A stretch of DNA of 16,525 nucleotides from Candidatus Bathyarchaeia archaeon. GTDB lineage: Archaea; Thermoproteota; Bathyarchaeia; Bathyarchaeales; Bathycorpusculaceae. The notes below the pieces were generated by a model. The model saw only the letters and a list, made by a program, of their open reading frames with translations, was not told the origin of the DNA and made no database searches. The stretch is from contig JBEKKX010000049.1 in NCBI GenBank assembly GCA_050010515.1, positions 1 through 16,525 of the forward strand, written 5' to 3'. Below, one piece after another: positions 14,471 to 16,525 of the stretch. The first letter of the stretch is position 1. Each line of letters starts with the position of its first letter. Both the position numbers and the translations under genes were made by a program.

Positions 14471-14891
14471 GATTGTTCCTGGCGTTACAGCTGCTACGGC
14501 TGCCGCGTCAGAGCTTGGCGCCCCATTGGTAAGTGATTTCGCGGTGATTAGCTTAAGCGATTTGTTGACTCCTTGGGAAAAAATTGAGCGCAGGTTGGAG
14601 GCTGCCTCGGCGGCAGACTTTGCCATTGTACTGTATAATCCCAAAAGCGAGGGGCGGATTGAGCCGTTAACTAAAGCGTACGAAATACTTCTCAAGCACA
14701 TGAGCCCTGATACTCCTGTGGGCATTGTAAAGCAAGCCGGTCGAGAAGGTGAAGGAGTCGTTATTACAACGCTTAAGGATATGTTGGCGGCTGAAATTGA
14801 CATGGTTACAACGATTATTGTTGGTAATTCGGCGACTAAGGTTGTTAACGGCAGGATGATTACTGCTCGCGGCTATGACCTTTTAGGTTAA
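14451..14891 (+). pseudogene. cbiH: 5'-truncated precorrin-3B C17-methyltransferase
   Basis: The frame opens after TAG 14448-14450 with [42 protein letters not shown]...ADFAIVLYNPKS...DMVTTIIVGNS...ITARGY. The N-terminal GxGPG and SGDP motifs are missing. Confidence 0.9.
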
Positions 14892-15224
14892 AATTAATCT
14901 TAATTTGTATGCGTATAGATCAGAGATTGCGGACTATTAGAGGCTGAACTGAGACTCGCTTTCTATGGTTTGCGGTTGTGGTCTTTCCAACGCTTTTAGC
15001 AGTTAAGGTTTAGCTATTTTGGAAGAGCGAATCAGGTAGCGTGGGATTTACAGAGATGCGCATAAAATAAACTAGAAAAATAAAAGTGTTAATGTAAATG
15101 GCAATGATGTCAGCCGCATATGCATTCAAATTAGCAGGAGCAACATTAGCTAGTATTGCCGTTTATTAAATAATCAAAAATCTACAATAATATTTTTTTA
15201 AAAAAAATAAAAAAAGGAAGGATT

Positions 15225-16040
15225 TTACTTTTTTGCTTCTTTTTTGGTTCTTTTTGTGTACGCGAATACTCCGACTGCAATTATTATTACGACTATTACT
15301 ACAACTACTGCTATGATGATTGCATCATCAGTTGAAATGCTGACTGGTTTGGGCGTAGCTGTAGCTGTTGGTGTTGGTGTCGGCAATGTTACGGTGCTGC
15401 TGGACGGAACCCAGATGGCTTCTATGGCTGCTCCGTTTGATGTTGGTGTGTATGTGAGTGAACTCGAAGTGTACTCGTTACTTGAAGAGCATTGTACCAC
15501 CCAGCATAGGAATTTGAAGCCGGTTCCTGGTGTCTGCGTAATGGTTGTGGAGTGGCCTATAGTGGCGGAGACGGATGCTCCAGATGTTTTTCCAGCTGGG
15601 CTTGTTGTTCCCCCGCTTGTCGCGAAGATGGTTAATGTTGATGTTCCACTTCCTGATGTTGTTGCCGTTGTGTTGCTGGTCGGAACGAAAACTGCCTCTA
15701 AAGAGCAGGCAGCTGAAATGGTTCTAGTGTATGGGTTATCAGTTGACGCAGCTGGACCTGATGCGTCGGCGTATATGAAGCATAGGAATTGGAAGCCTGA
15801 TGAAGCTGTCGCTTGGAACTTTTCTGTGTTGCCGCTGGTAAAAGTATTGCTTGCTCCCAACGTCATGGCTGTCCCGTTTGCTGTGATTGACTGTGTGCCT
15901 AATGTGGTGTAAAGGAATAGGGTCGTTGTTGTTGCTGCTTTTACGCTTGGGACACTCGGAATTATAGCCACTAGTAAGAGCATTGACGTCAATAGAATCA
16001 AAGTAAAAACTTTAAAGTTCTTTGTTGAATTCTTATTCAT
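15225..16040 (-). CDS. Membrane-anchored cell-surface protein: signal peptide, two Thr/Ser-rich beta-domain repeats, PT linker, C-terminal TM helix and basic tail
   Basis: GGTGA RBS before ATG 16040; internal repeats ATASSGFQFLCF...LEAVFVP and TPGTGFKFLCW...IEAIWVP; PTPTPTATATP; AIIIAVVVVIVVIIIAVGVFAY-TKRTKK. Confidence 0.85.
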   Translation of the reverse strand: MNKNSTKNFKVFTLILLTSMLLLVAIIPSVPSVKAATTTTLFLYTTLGTQSITANGTAMTLGASNTFTSGNTEKFQATASSGFQFLCFIYADASGPAASTDNPYTRTISAACSLEAVFVPTSNTTATTSGSGTSTLTIFATSGGTTSPAGKTSGASVSATIGHSTTITQTPGTGFKFLCWVVQCSSSNEYTSSSLTYTPTSNGAAIEAIWVPSSSTVTLPTPTPTATATPKPVSISTDDAIIIAVVVVIVVIIIAVGVFAYTKRTKKEAKK

Positions 16041-16192
16041 CGAATCACCGAATCTTTTTGCATGTTTTATAAAGTAGAAACTTAATATAAGTCTTTCCAA
16101 GTTGTCACGTCGACTTTCTAACTTTACGCTCATAAAGTGACGTTGGGAACGCTTTTACGCCTCTTTGAAAGCGAGCACGATTAAACCAGTCT

Positions 16193-16428
16193 CTATAATC
16201 GCGTCACTTTGGCTGCTTTGGGCTTTCTGGGTTTGTCTTTGAAGTATTCTCTTCCGACGTGTTTGGCTCTCCTAAGCCACCTGTGCACCGTTTGTCTTGT
16301 GGTTTCAAAAAGTTCTGCGATGCGGGTAACTGCCAAGCCCTTCTTAAGAGCTTATTGAATGCTCCTCTGATGCCGGGAGCTTTAAGTTTATCGTTATCAA
16401 TTATGTTCTATCTTAAAAATAGGCTACA
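16193..16428 (-). mobile_element. Remnant of an insertion sequence left end (IS481-like): candidate terminus plus frameshifted, truncated transposase HTH
   Basis: Minus strand TGTAGCCTATTTTTAAGATAGAACA (16428-16404), then IIDNDKLKAPGIRGAFN / 1-nt shift / ALKKGLAVTRIAELFETTRQTVHRWLRRAKHVGREYFKDKPRKPKAAKVT; no DDE domain follows. Confidence 0.65.
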
Positions 16429-16525
16429 CTCTCCTAAAATAGGGGAGTGCTTGGTTGGAACGAGATTGGGAAAAACTTAGAAAGTGGATAATCAAAAAGA
16501 GACTTGAAGGCCGATCAGTTACTGA

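Noticed and set aside
5810-14803. Numerous short antisense ORFs within hem/cbi genes
   Set aside because: They overlap well-supported genes on the opposite strand and have no independent features.
14892-15224. Cobalamin riboswitch or ncRNA downstream of cbiH
   Set aside because: No B12-box or convincing structure recognised, and the position is 3' of both flanking genes; it may contain decayed coding sequence but this is not supportable.
15244-15912. 222-aa plus-strand ORF
   Set aside because: Antisense shadow of the Thr/Ser-rich surface protein; its Val-rich composition mirrors Thr codons; no recognisable motif.
16259-16480. 73-aa plus-strand ORF
   Set aside because: Antisense to the transposase remnant; no coding hallmarks.

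Overview
Archaeal chromosomal window, probably Bathyarchaeia-like. This is inferred from the TATA/GGTGA signals, the archaeal tRNA-Leu variable arm and the signal-peptide/PT-linker/C-terminal-TM surface proteins. Left (1-2.3 kb): a decayed membrane-protein gene, an RNase HII-like protein fused to a CxxC-x17-CxxC zinc finger, an OB-fold SSB/RPA-like protein, and an unannotated 46-aa stand-alone CxxC-x17-CxxC protein with a GNRA-hairpin leader. Middle (2.3-5.75 kb): an accessory island made of a patchwork of gene fragments, including a 206-bp, ~94%-identical second copy of part of hemD. It is followed by three co-oriented copies of the 3' end of a tRNA-Leu. Each copy precedes a small cargo: VapBC; RelBE-like; and a frameshifted GGCT-like gene with an orphan antitoxin and a probable RelE remnant. 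No integrase and no intact tRNA are visible. Right (5.7-14.9 kb): a tetrapyrrole cluster (hemD, cobA, hemC, hemL, hemB, sirC, a GATase-first CobB/CobQ-like protein; divergent hemA, cbiX) joined directly to a 5'-truncated cbiH. After it come a cell-surface protein and an IS transposase remnant. The most unusual element is the tRNA-3'-end-delimited array of toxin-antitoxin cassettes.
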